The notes below the pieces were generated by a model. It was not told where the DNA came from. It saw only the letters and a list, made by a program, of their open reading frames with translations, and made no database searches. The position numbers were made by a program, and so were the translations under genes. From contig CP154954.1 in the NCBI GenBank assembly GCA_039621445.1, forward strand, positions 38,549,703-38,613,702: a DNA stretch of 64,000 nucleotides, read 5' to 3'. Positions 1-11,900 of this stretch are shown here, one piece after another (within the stretch, counting starts at the first letter, position 1; each line of letters starts with the position of its first letter). This stretch comes from Euglena gracilis. Its lineage: Eukaryota.

Positions 1-1
1 C

Positions 2-575
2 GGCAGCAAGATTTTAGTTGGCCCGGGAGGCAAGGAAAATCTCCAGGGGATTCCAAAAAATTTAGTGTTATTGATAGAGTTGTGTTCATACAATTTTTTA
101 CCGACCACCGAAAGGGAGGGGGGGGTCACTCCACTTTTCGAAAACCAGTCAGTCACTTTTTTCGGGAAACCAGTCAGTCACTACCCCCCCCCCCGGGGGG
201 GTCGGCCACTCTGGGATCCAAAGGAAACTTGATCAAAAACCAAAAATTTTCCGAAAAATTTCCAAAAATTTTCCGGCACCGGGTCACTTTGGTGGATTTT
301 TGCCCCCCCCCCCCCGGGGCGGGAGGGGGTCCGGGCCAAAAACCAGTCAGTCATTCCGGAAAAAACAGTCACCCCGGGGGGGGGGGGTGTCAGCCAGGGG
401 TTAGGGGTTCAGCCTAACTTTAGGCCTAACTTGTACACCTAACAACCGTCTAGGCCCAAAGTTAGGCCAAACTCCCAACCCTAACCCTATTCCATCAATC
501 CCAATTTTTTTGCGGACCCCCCCCTGGAGATTTAACTTGCCCTCCCCGGGGGGGGACAAGTGAAATCTTGCTGCC
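2..575. mobile_element. GGCAG...CTGCC-family element carrying a nested insertion
   Basis: GGCAGCAAGATTT ... AAATCTTGCTGCC; the internal CCTAACTTGTACACC..CCGTCTA segment resembles 37490-37520. Confidence 0.7.
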
Positions 576-1390
576 TTCCATTCACCCCCGCTGTTTCGGT
601 CCAGAAATGAAGCACGGTGCATTGCTGTGAATAGATGGATTTATTCACTTAATAAAAACCCGGCTTTCAGGGGGAGGCAGCACAATGCCCTGGCACAATT
701 TTTTGGGGCCCTCTAACACACTGCACAACACCTCCACTTTGTGGAGTCCTTGTCTGAGAGAGAAATAACCAATTTTAAGGCTTCAAAATTTAAAAAAAAT
801 GGTTTTGGTCCACTTGCGCAAATGCGCAAATGAACCATTCTTGTGATCATTTGCGCAACTGTGCAAGTGGCCCATTCAACGATCACAGCGATGTTCAAGG
901 GGGGGGGGGTCCAGCGGCACAGGGCAACATGGGAGAGGGAGCACCACAATTCTGTCTGTTGGTTGGCTTTGAAGTGGCCCTTTTGCGTAATTGTGCAAGT
1001 GGTCCACGTGCGCAAATGGACTTTGCATTTGCTGCTGTATGTCTGTCCCAGAGTGTCTCAACGCGAATGGGTGATGTGGTTTGCCTGCCACGGAACTCAA
1101 CTGGTTCTTTACCCCCTCCATCAACCGCAATTTCCAGAAGTCCGTTTCTAACTATCACATTTGTTTGTTGTGTGAAAATGCAGTGCTTTCGTGACCCACC
1201 TCAAAAACCTCCACAGGGTGCTGCACAACTTCAAAAAACATTCAAAAGGGTGGCCCGTCCTCCATTTACCGAACATGTACTCGCACATTGCAGTGCCGTT
1301 GTGCTCCAATGTTGTGGGTGTGGGTTTGGGGGTGTGGGTGTGGGTGTGGGTGTGGGTGTGGGTGTGGGTGTGGGTGTGGGTGTGGGTGTA

Positions 1391-1789
1391 CCTCCCCCCC
1401 TGTCTACGCACCGGAAAAGATGGGTAAGAACCGGGGGGGGGGGGGGTGCTTATTTTGCCAAAATATGGGTAAGAACCAGGGGGGCAGTGCTTAGACAAGG
1501 GGGAAAAATTGACTGCAAAAAAAAAATCCGGTGCTTCGCACCGAAAAGGAAAAATTCACCTTATTTTGGAAGTCCACTGTTGAACTTACACACATTTGGA
1601 TGCAGAAATCAGCAATACCACACCAAATCAGGTCTCAGAAGTTGCAGTCGAAATGTTTGAGAAATTTCCCTTAAAAAATGCACACAAAATAAACCTCCCC
1701 GTGACGATGACCAGATGGAAAAGATGGGTAAGAACCGGGGGGGGGGGGGTGCTTAGACAAGGGTGGTGCTTAGACAAGGGGGGGGGAGG
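1391..1789. mobile_element. MITE (TA-flanked) inserted into a GT-rich microsatellite
   Basis: TA-CCTCCCCCCCTGTCTACGCACC ... GGTGCTTAGACAAGGGGGGGGGAGG-TA. Confidence 0.8.
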
Positions 1790-1794
1790 TATTT

Positions 1795-1844
1795 GTGTGT
1801 GGTGTTCGTGTGGTGTTCGTGTGTGTGGGGTTGTGTGTGTGGTG

Positions 1845-1928
<84 letters not shown>

Positions 1929-1982
1929 TGTGTGTGTTTGTTGTGTGTGGTGTGTGTGTGTGTGTGTGGTGTGTGTGTGTGT

Positions 1983-2017
<35 letters not shown>

Positions 2018-2150
2018 TTGGTGGGTGGGTGTGGGTGGGTGGGTGGGTGGGTGGGTGGGTGTGTGGGTGGGTGGGTGGGTGTGTGGGTGGGTGGGTGGGT
2101 GTGTGGGTGGGTGGTGGGTGTGTGGGTGGGTGGGTGGGTGGGTGGGTGCG
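1795..2150. repeat. (GT)n/(GGGT)n microsatellite; (GGGTGT)n at 1330-1388
   Basis: Directly visible. Confidence 0.97.
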
Positions 2151-2876
2151 GGTGCCGCACCCACACCCGCACACCCGGGGTGCAGGGTGGTCCCAGGATG
2201 CTGACGGTCATGTGAAGGCGATCTGCATCAGAAACCTCGTTACCAGTCACCCCCCCAAATGATAAATCCCTGCTCATTGTGTGGGAACCCAAAAGTCGAA
2301 CCCAGGCTTCATTTCCAAACCCAAGGGACCTCCCAGGGAGGTATTCCGAGTCGTCAAAATGCAGGAAATGCCCAAAAACCCAACAGGACAGCAAATTTTT
2401 TGAGGAGAAAACCAAGGAATAAATTTTTGGATAAAAAAACGGAGCGAACGTCTACGGGAACTTGTAAACAGGAGTGTTATAAAGGGTTTGAAAAAAGTGG
2501 GTGCTGGCCAGTCTTTCACTGAGGTATTTGTGTCGTTTTGTGCAATTGCGTGAATTTCCCACTTTTTTATTTCTCAAGCTTCAGACTCAGTTTTTTGAAC
2601 CGCTGATGACTCCGCATGTGGATTGCCACCTTTTCCATGGGCGAAACCCAGGGAAAATGCACAATTTCAGTGTTTTTTTTGGTCCTCTGAAAAAGGGCGC
2701 CAAGTTGTGTTCCCCCCCCTGGGTTCACCCCAGGAAATAAGAAATTGCCCAAAAATAAACAGAAACTGCGGCTTTGTCCCCCACATTTCTTGTGTGGCAA
2801 CTGCACCAGATGATGTTCAAATTGGTTGGCTCCTGAGCCCCCTTCTGCACAAATAGCACCACGCAACAGCACAGAG

Positions 2877-2940
2877 TCACAACAGGAGTTTTTGCGAAGA
2901 TGGTGGCCAGCCGCAATCTGGAGAGTTATACGGCACCCTC
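2877..2940 (-). CDS. GT77 gene candidate last exon
   Basis: (W)[26 protein letters not shown] pairing at +4/-6 completes the TGG codon. Confidence 0.5.
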
Positions 2941-5900
2941 CATTCATGCACACAAAGACAGAGGAGGAGGGAAGGGGAGGGGGAATTTTGTTCAAGTGCG
3001 GGGAGTAGCCATTACACGAGACAGATCCCCTCCTCGTCCAGCCACCACAACCATAGATTCACTTAGACCCAGTGGGGGCCATATTCTCCTGGCTCCCAAA
3101 CACTCCCACCATTTTTTTCAAAAACACACCCATGTATTACCCCCGGGGGGCCGGGGGGGGGGGTCCACCCACCCACCCACCCCAAACCTACCCAAAATCA
3201 GCCGAAACCCTTGAAAGGAAGAAACAAGAAGCTTATCTTCCCCAGACTGGCTGGGCCAGACATGGCACACCCCTGGGGGGGGGGGGGGTTCAGCAGCTCC
3301 AACCCACCCACGCACAGAAGACCCACCTACTCACCCCCTCCCAGGAGGAGGGGTCACGCAGGTGTTAAGTGAAGCCATGGACATAACCCAGCCTTCTTCT
3401 GCCGGGTCAGCTTGTTGGCCAGGCTCTTAAGCAGACTTTCATTTTAGACCCACAGGAAATCACCCCCACCTGCCAAGGGACTGGGGGGGGGGGGGGGCAA
3501 GAGAGGGAGTTGCAAAAAGGTCAAAAAACCAGACATTGAACTCATTTTCAGTCGTTCTGACCATACCCCCTGATTTCTGGGGCCCACAAATCTTCGGTTT
3601 TGCCACAAAAAAACCTAAAACAACCAATTTTCCATCATTTTGGCCTTTATTTTTCAATTTTACTTGTTTTGAAAAAAAATTGGCACCAGGTTATTTTTTG
3701 ACTGGACCCATTCCCAGGCCCCTGGAAGGCTCTTCCGCGGACACCCGGCGAAGACCAGGGGGGGGGGTCTTCGGAAATGCAAGCCCGGCCTTGATGCAGT
3801 TGTTGTGCAGCGACATCTGCCCCGGCAGCACCGGCCGCAGCCCCCGGTAGGCGAAGGAGAAGAAGCCCCGCCGCTGGATGGCCCCGGCGGCACGCGCTGG
3901 GCCGCGGGGGGTCCCTCCGGGCACCCCAGCCTCTGCCCCCCCCCCCTTCGCGACAGGGGGTCAGGGGCCCTCCGGTCCGTTGATCAGGGGTGATCACTCG
4001 CCACAGGGCAGCCATTGGACGGGGGGGGGGGCAAAGTCTGTGTCCAAGGGGCAGTTGATCCGTTGGGGCATCGACGTGAACTCCGCGTGGCAGTTCCTGC
4101 CCCCCCCCCGCCCGCTGCGAGGCTGGCTTCAACCCTCATTGCACCACAAGTTGGCAAACTGGCTTGCAATAACACAGACCGGAGGCCAACGCACTGGGGC
4201 GGGGGTCGCTGCCACATTCTGGTTTCATAGTTTCCCGGAGTATGGTTTCTCGGCTGTGTACCTCCCTCCCTCCCCCCTCTCCCCTCTCTTCTTTCTCAAC
4301 GTGCACATTTTGTATATGTGGGTTTTTTCAATTTGTGGAATACGTGGAATGGATATAAACGAAGGTATTGATGGCATACCTTCGAGGCCAGTGAGGACAT
4401 GCCCCGGCGACACCCTTCTGGGGGGGGGGGGGGCGGTCCCCAGACGGACAGACCAAAACTGTGCCTGTGGTGCGGCGGGCCCCCGGCCGTCCACCGCGCC
4501 ATTCGCCGCCGTCATCTGCGGCCAGAACCGGACCTCCAGCGACGCCGTGGACGCTGGGGCGGTGAAGTGGCACGTCGTCGCGTTGCGCCGGCCGTGGGGC
4601 GGCCCCCGCCCCCACCCACCCACCCACCCATGCACCCAGTGACCATGAGAGCCTTCAACACTGGTATACCGAGGATCTGAACAAAGCCATGTCATCCGTA
4701 GGCCGAAGATGCCGATGGCATGAATTTTTAAGCCAGTTCAACCTAGTGGTTGTATATACCGCTGGCCATACACAAAAAGTAGCAGACCCGCTTAGTCGAG
4801 CACCCTGGCATTACCCCGGTAACCCGGATGAAGGTGATGCCACCTTTCATGGAAGCCAAGAGGCTGATGAATATGCACGTCGATATGACGCAGCCGACGA
4901 TATGTTGGATTCTTTTCCCGTTTCATCGATTTTTCGTTCGCTGCCAGTCTCTCCTATAAGGGGGAGAAGGCGGCGAGGCCGCACACCTGGTCCCGGTCGC
5001 ATTACGCGATCGGAATCTCCTTCCCCCCTCTTCTTTCGCGAATGGGATTATTCCCATGACCCTGTATATAGCACGATAGTGCACAGACTGCGCAATGGCG
5101 AAGTTGTACATAATTATAAACCCCCCCCAAATATAAGAAACCCATTTCTTATATTTGGGTGTCGGCCGATCGGCCCAAAGGGTTTCTTATACTTGGGGGT
5201 TTCTTATATTTGGGTGTCGAAGGCCGGCCCCAAGGGTTTCTTATAAATGGAACTTTTTCTTCCTTCGGTTCCTTCATATAATTTCTTTCGTGTGACCACT
5301 GTGTGTAGGATTGTCCTCATATTTGACAGCCATTCAAACAGTGGGGAAGGGGGTCGTGAAACGGACAGGTGTTTCCAAAAAGCAGTTGCTTCTGAACTCT
5401 TGCTTTGCAAAGAAGCAATAGACTAGATTGGCTTCATCTTTGTGTTGATCGTGCCTTGAGATTTGCTGTGACCCATGGTGAAAATGAGGGGTTTATTATA
5501 TTTGGATTGGCGTCCAACAGCCCAGGGGTTTCTTATATTTGGGGGTTTCTCATATTTTGGTGTCGGCTGAAAATCAGCCAAAGGGTTTCTTATATTTGGG
5601 GGTTTCTTATAGTGAGGGGTTTCTTATATTTGGGGGGGGGTTTACCCTTTCCCTTTTACGGTTGGTTTACCGCGATGATGCGGGATATAAATATTGTATA
5701 CCCCGTGACTTGGTTGATGAAGTACTTTTGTGTTATCACAACCAAGGTCACCCTGGGGCCCCCAAACTTCTTTCTTTGGTGGGTCGCAGGTACTGTACAA
5801 CCCTGAAAGAAAACGATTTGCATTCGCGCTGCTTGCAAATTTCGCAACGGTTCCAAATTTGTCAAGCGCTAAAACCGCGCAGAGGTACCCCCCCCTGGTA

Positions 5901-8900
5901 CGCTGGACTGTTTCCCCGTACCCCCTGACATTTTTACGTCCCTCTGCATGGATTTTCTGGAATTAGAACCTTGCAAAGGATCAGACGGCAAAATTTACGA
6001 TTATGTTTTTGTTGTCGTCTGTAGGCTGAGTGGTTACATAGTAGCCATTCCATGCCAAAAGGCAGGGTTGACCGCGCAAATTTTAGCGCAGATATTTATG
6101 GAGAAGTGTATCTGCCTAATGGGCTTACCGAATGAGATTGTCAGTGATCAAGATCATTTGATCTCCTCTCGATTCTTCACAACCCTATGTGGTTTACTGG
6201 GAATCGAACAGCATTTTTCCATTATATTGCCCGAAGGGCAATGGCCGCGCCGAGGCAGCAGTGAAAGCTGTTGTAAATATGCTCCGTCTTCAACTGGCTG
6301 ATTCGCGCAAGGCCTGGGTCCAGGTTTTGCCATGGTCCCTCTTTTATATAAACACCCTACCGGGTTTAGTTTTACCCCACTCCCCATACAAAATTGTTTT
6401 CGGGTGAGATCCCCCAGCAATTGGTGATATACCATCAGAGAGACCAGCTCGAAGTAGCGTAACCTGTGAGACATGGTTCTCTGAGGTAGAGTCTCTCAGA
6501 ACTACTGTTCAGAAACGCATTACTGACATCCATTCTCAAAAGAGAAATAAATTTTTACAAGAATTCAAATCACCTGGCTATAGTGCTGGTGATCGCGTAT
6601 GGGTTCGGAATAGCCGAATCCGTATGCAGGCTTCCAAGCTAGACCCCCTCTGGCTCGGGCCCTGTGAAATTCTCGAACGCGTTGGTAACAGTGGCCGCTA
6701 TAGGGTGGCACTGCCCAACGGGATCGAGGATGTTCACATGGATGATTTCAAGCCATATCTTTCCCCGCCTAATGGCAAAGCACTACCGTGCCTTTATTTC
6801 AAGCCCCGTTCCAAGTTACCCGAAACGGATGATTTTGTGGTGGACAATATTCTCGATCACAAAATTGATCGAGGAGTACATTACTGGAAGGTCAGATGGA
6901 AAGGCTATGGGCCAGAGGAGGATACCTGGGAGCCAGCCTCCAGTTTTATTGGTTATGTCCAACAGGACTGGAAGCTGTGGAATAAAAGAACCCTACTTCC
7001 CCCACCCCCTCCGGGGGTGGGGGAAGTGGCCTGGGGGCGGGGGCCGGCGGGGGGCGGCGCAGAAGGCGCGGTTGTAGAGCGGCTGGTCATCGGTGGTCAC
7101 CCGGCCGGCGTCCACCTCCCCGGCACGGCCCCTTCCCTTCCCCCCCCCCCCGGATCCGAGGGGGAGGCGGGGGCCGGGGGGCGTTGGGGATGGGCCTCGG
7201 AGCGCAAGGGGTCGGCTGACAAAGGAGAGGGGGAGGGGCGGCAAACCGAAACGAAAAGGCACTGGCCATGCGAGGCGATGGATGACATCGTCAGGCCGAC
7301 GACACCTGGCGGTTGTGCTTCCACCACTTTTTTTTCCAATTACGCTTCCGTGTACGTTATTTTCGGTTTGGGTTGTTCTTTCATTGAGTCTCCTTGGGCC
7401 AGAAAAAAAGTGGGCATCTCCAGTACCAAGTTCCAAAAATGCGAAAACTGGTGTATTTTATCGAACCTTTTTGTTCATTTTGGCAGATCTGCCTCCTGGG
7501 TTTTGCTACACAAGAGGGTTGATGAAGGGTCAACACAGAATCCCACCCCGACCCTAGACAAAACGGTGCAGACACCCAGGGCCAGGGCGTTCCTAAATCA
7601 ACAACATCAGCTGAACTCCAAGGGGAAACGGTCGAAAAAACGGGTATTCCTCGGCAAAAGCAGTGCGACATTGGAAAAGAAATTGATTCCTAGCACCCTT
7701 GGGCTTAGGCGGCGCTAATTGCCCAACCAATTTTTGCGGGTTTTTTTTGACGTTTTTTGAGTGTTTTAAAACCCCCATAAAAGGGCACAAAAATTCAGGC
7801 TGAGAGGTGTGTGTGGCAGCTTTTGGCAAAAATTTTCGGACGTGGTTTTGCGCGGTTATCCGCCTAAACAATTTCCGACTGTGTGTGAATTGTGTGACTT
7901 GGGTGTGTATTAGAACTATTTGAAATGGGTTCAAAAACACTGACTTTGAACAGGTGTGAAACGGGGACCATGGTTTATGTTATTACCCCCCCCCCTATGT
8001 CCAATGACCGGTAACCTCTGTCCTCTGACCGGGGGGTTGGTCGTTGGACATAGGGTAGTGACCAAAAAGGTGTCCTCTGACCGGGGGGTGGTCGTTGGAC
8101 ATGGGGTCAAAAGAAAGTTGGTGGGTACCCGGGTCCCTACCCACCCAAAAATGCCCAAATTTTCCCTTCCGGCGCATTGCGCCGAAAATTTTGGGCAATT
8201 TTGACAAATTTTTGTCCAAAAAGTGTCAAAAATGGCACTTTGGCCAAATTTTTGGCCCAGCCTGTGCCCCAAATGGGTAAAGCAGCCGGGAAAAAACGGA
8301 CAACATGTGCGAATGCATTGACAAAAAAAATTACCACAAAAAAAAACATTTACCAACAGCGCTCCTCCATTCCGTCCTGCTGTGGTATATGGAGGGTTCC
8401 TGTGTACGGAAGAAGCTGGACTTCTGGGGACATCCCACCCAGCAGATTTAAAAGGAGAGGGGGGTCAGCACCAGGCTGTTTTTTACCAACCCCGGGTGGA
8501 GGGGGGGGGGTCCGGAGTGCCTTGGGGTGCCTGCCCAGGCAGGCACCCCCCCCGGGGGGGGATCGGCACCCGACTAAAAAAAAAACAGCCTGGTCGGCCC
8601 CAGGAGGGTCAGAAACAACTTAATGCTGAAAAAAATAGGGGGCAAACCCCCCACGCCAAATCCCACCCCCCCCAAAGTCCCCAGTCCCATCCGTCTCCTT
8701 GTGAGAAGGCCCGGCTGGGGCATCCAGTGCAGCGATGACGTAGTGAGGCAGCTGGAGCTTCTCCAGGTTGCAGGCGAAATTCAACACGAAATGGCCACAA
8801 CCCCCTGCCCCTCTCGGCCCACCCCCCAGGAGAGGAAAATGCCGGCCCATCACATTCAACATGGCACGGCACTCAGGTATTCGTTTAAATACCCATCTGT

Positions 8901-11900
8901 CTGTGGTGCAGGTCTGCCGGTAAACCCGCCCCCCCCCTAATAAAAATGCGGGGCCGCTACAAGCGCAGGGTCCAAATAAAAGCGCACCCCCCCCGTCGTC
9001 GAAGGCGGCGGTCCATTACAAGCACCCCCCCCCATTTTGACAGGATTTTTGAAGGAAATCAACAAAAATTGGGCAGGGAGGGTCAAAATAGAAGCGCCGC
9101 CCCCAGAGGTAGCAGTCCGCCATCAGCGCACCCACACTTCTATCAGGGAGGGGGGGTTTACAACAAAAAGCAACAAAAGTCTCAAAATAAACACGTCATT
9201 GGTCGTATCAAACCTAATGTGGAGGCGATGCTGGTGCCATGAATTCTCTTCCCGTTGTTCTGGGGGTTAAAAGGGAATTAAACACACAGGGTGATAGTGC
9301 TGATAGGGCTAATGGCGCTGAAAGGGTGATAGAAATGGGCAAATAAGAAAATGAAATCCAATTTGATAACTCTGCCGTGATGTGGACATGGACACTGCAG
9401 GGACATTGTTCCCAACCTTGAATCTAGGGATGACAATTCACATCATGGTTATCTGTGTGTTCGCACGCATGGGCGTCCGTGTGCGTGCGTGCGTGCGTGT
9501 GTGCGTAATGTGTCTGTGCATGGGCGTGTGTGTGCGCGCACGTGTGTGTTTGTGTGTGTATGTGCGTGTGCGCGCGTGTGTGCGCATGAATGCGTGTGTG
9601 TGGGCGTGTGCTGAATTTTACCCCCCCCCCCTATGTCCAATGACCGGTAACCTCTGTCCTCTGACCGGGGGGTTGGTCGTTGGACATAGGGTAGTGACCA
9701 AAAAGGTGTCCTCTGACCGGGGGGTGGTCGTTGGACATGGGGTCAAAAGAAAGTTGGTGGGTACCCGGGTCCCTACCCACCCAAAAATGCCCAAATTTTC
9801 CCTTCCGGCGCTTTGCGCCGAAAATTTTGGGCAATTTTGACAAATTTTTGTCCAAAAAGTGTCAAAAATGGCATTTTGGCCAAATTTTTGGCCAATTTTT
9901 GGGCAAAATTTTTCGCCCCGGCGCTTCATGCCGGGACCAAAAAATTGGCCAAACCTCCGAAAAGGTGTCCTCTGACCGGGGGGGTGGTCATTGGACATAG
10001 GGGGGTCGTTGGACATAGGGGGGGGGGTAACGGTATTTGAGAAACGAATGTATATACAAGCGTGCGCGGAGGTGTCAGACACCAGAGTTAAATGTTTAGG
10101 CAGATATCCATGTAGGATAAACTTGTACACCGATTACCACCTAAAAGTGAAAACAAAGAATTGCACACAGATCACCGTCCACCATAATACAAACAGTTGA
10201 CGGTTTGTAGGAAGGAATCCGCCTGTTGTGCGTGTTTCCGTGGTGAGTGTATGGCGACTTGGTGTAGGCAGGAATCCTTCCGGACTGAGTAAGAAACACG
10301 GTGGTATCCTAATACTGTTGCCCCACCCCTCCCCTGTGCCGATACTGGCATTAACCAGACGTCCGCGCCTGCTGGGGTCTCTGGAATGGGGGACAATAAC
10401 ACCATAACCAATGGTAGCTGGAGAACTCCCTGACGACGTGAGCAGGTGCCACCCGATGATATCCTGTCCTCGCCAACGCTCTTGGATAGAAAATGGTGCC
10501 TGTCTAAAACAGCTCAAAAACAAAACAAAAAAGCAGAATTAACTGATTTAAGAAACTCTGCAGTCGTAGCATCCATAATGAGCCAAAACCCACAAAGTCT
10601 TTACACCACCAACAATTCTGTGTTAGGCGGTGAACCGCCCGACACATCCCCACACATCAATTTAAAAACACCATTGAGAATGGCATGGGGTTGGGTGGGG
10701 ACCAAGAGACGACGTAGGCGGTTATCCGCTGAAAACAAAATGAAGAACACCCGCTCAGGAGGCCAACAGCTGACTTGTCACACTTGAGCACTGAGGCTTG
10801 GTCTACTTTTATGAGTTGGGATGGAAACAGGGTTTGCAGTAACACAACTAATGAGAGATGGAGGGGGGCATACCAGCTGTGAGGACAGAGAAGTCAGGTG
10901 GGAAACTGCCTGGATGCGTTAAGGGTGGGCAGAAAAAGAAAATGAGTTGGTTGACGATTGGGGGGGGGGGTGGAAGATGGAAATCGCCCTGGAAATGGCA
11001 TCTGCTGGTTTGACTGCAAAGTTTTTAAACTCTATTTACCCCCCCCCTATGTCCAATGACCGGTAACCTCTGTCCTCTGACCGGGGGGGGGGGTCGTTGG
11101 ACATAGGGTAGTGACCAAAAAGGTGTCCTCTGACCAGGGGGGTGGTCGTTGGACAGGGGGTCGGGAATAAAAAGTTTGCCGAAACCCCCCCCCAAACAGG
11201 TCAAAATTTTTCTTCCGGCGCTTCGCGCCCCCATTTCCAGCCCTGTCAACAAATATTTACTCAAATAGCAAACAAAACTGACATCCTTGGACGATGGGGC
11301 TGCGGGGTAGAGGACAAGGGCGGAAGAAAAGCCTTTCGGGGCTGGCAAACCTCCGGTTTTCACACACCTGCAAAAAAACATCAAACCTCCGAAAAGGTGT
11401 CCTCTGACCGGGGGGTGGTCGTTGGACGTAGGGGGGGGGGGGGTAGGAAACCCGTCGCAGACGTGAACTTTTGCAGACACGGAAACGGACGACAGATTTT
11501 GTTGCCAAGCTTGCAACTGAATGGTGTCTGGCATGTTGTGCAGAGTTTGAGGGTTGGAGGTTCATGGAAATCAGGGAGAGGAGATTGCCCAAGCAGGGTT
11601 TGACCAAACAAGGAGAGACAGGAAGCCTTTAAACTTGGGCACTCAGAGCAGGGGTGGTTTCCAAAAGGACTGGACACACTTGTGCTGAGGGTGGTTACAT
11701 GGATGGAAGCCAAATGCATCGGGTCAAACATCGACCCGGCGTTGGTTGAGAACAACAACCTTCTGGTGTGCCCCCCTTCCACGTGGTTTCTAACTGTGGA
11801 GACCACCGTTGCCTCCTCTGGAGGCATGCTGCCGGACCCGAAGGAAGAAGAGCCAGAAAAAAAGAGGTGTTTTGGGCATTTTGTCTGAAATTCAGCAAAA

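Noticed and set aside
2210-2238. RFLMQIAFT* as the last GT77 exon
   Set aside because: It has CTG at -8 but no matching CAG at +4 after exon 24; 2940-2877 pairs better
1596-2415. CV/HT-repeat ORFs (also at 26.7-27.5, 32.2-33.6, 36.4-37.8 and 58.2-59.9 kb)
   Set aside because: Translations of microsatellites
4030-4100. [21 protein letters not shown] as an extra GT77 exon
   Set aside because: No frame-consistent paired junctions found and NGA-to-HNN spacing is already sufficient; cannot be fully excluded without cDNA
7260-7310. [15 protein letters not shown] as a GT77 exon
   Set aside because: Exons 20 and 21 join directly in frame through an 8-bp end stem, and motif spacing does not need it
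6991-7718. C-terminal extension of the integrase-chromodomain ORF 6624..7718 as a fusion protein
   Set aside because: Read-through past the truncation point into host intron and the antisense of GT77 exon 21
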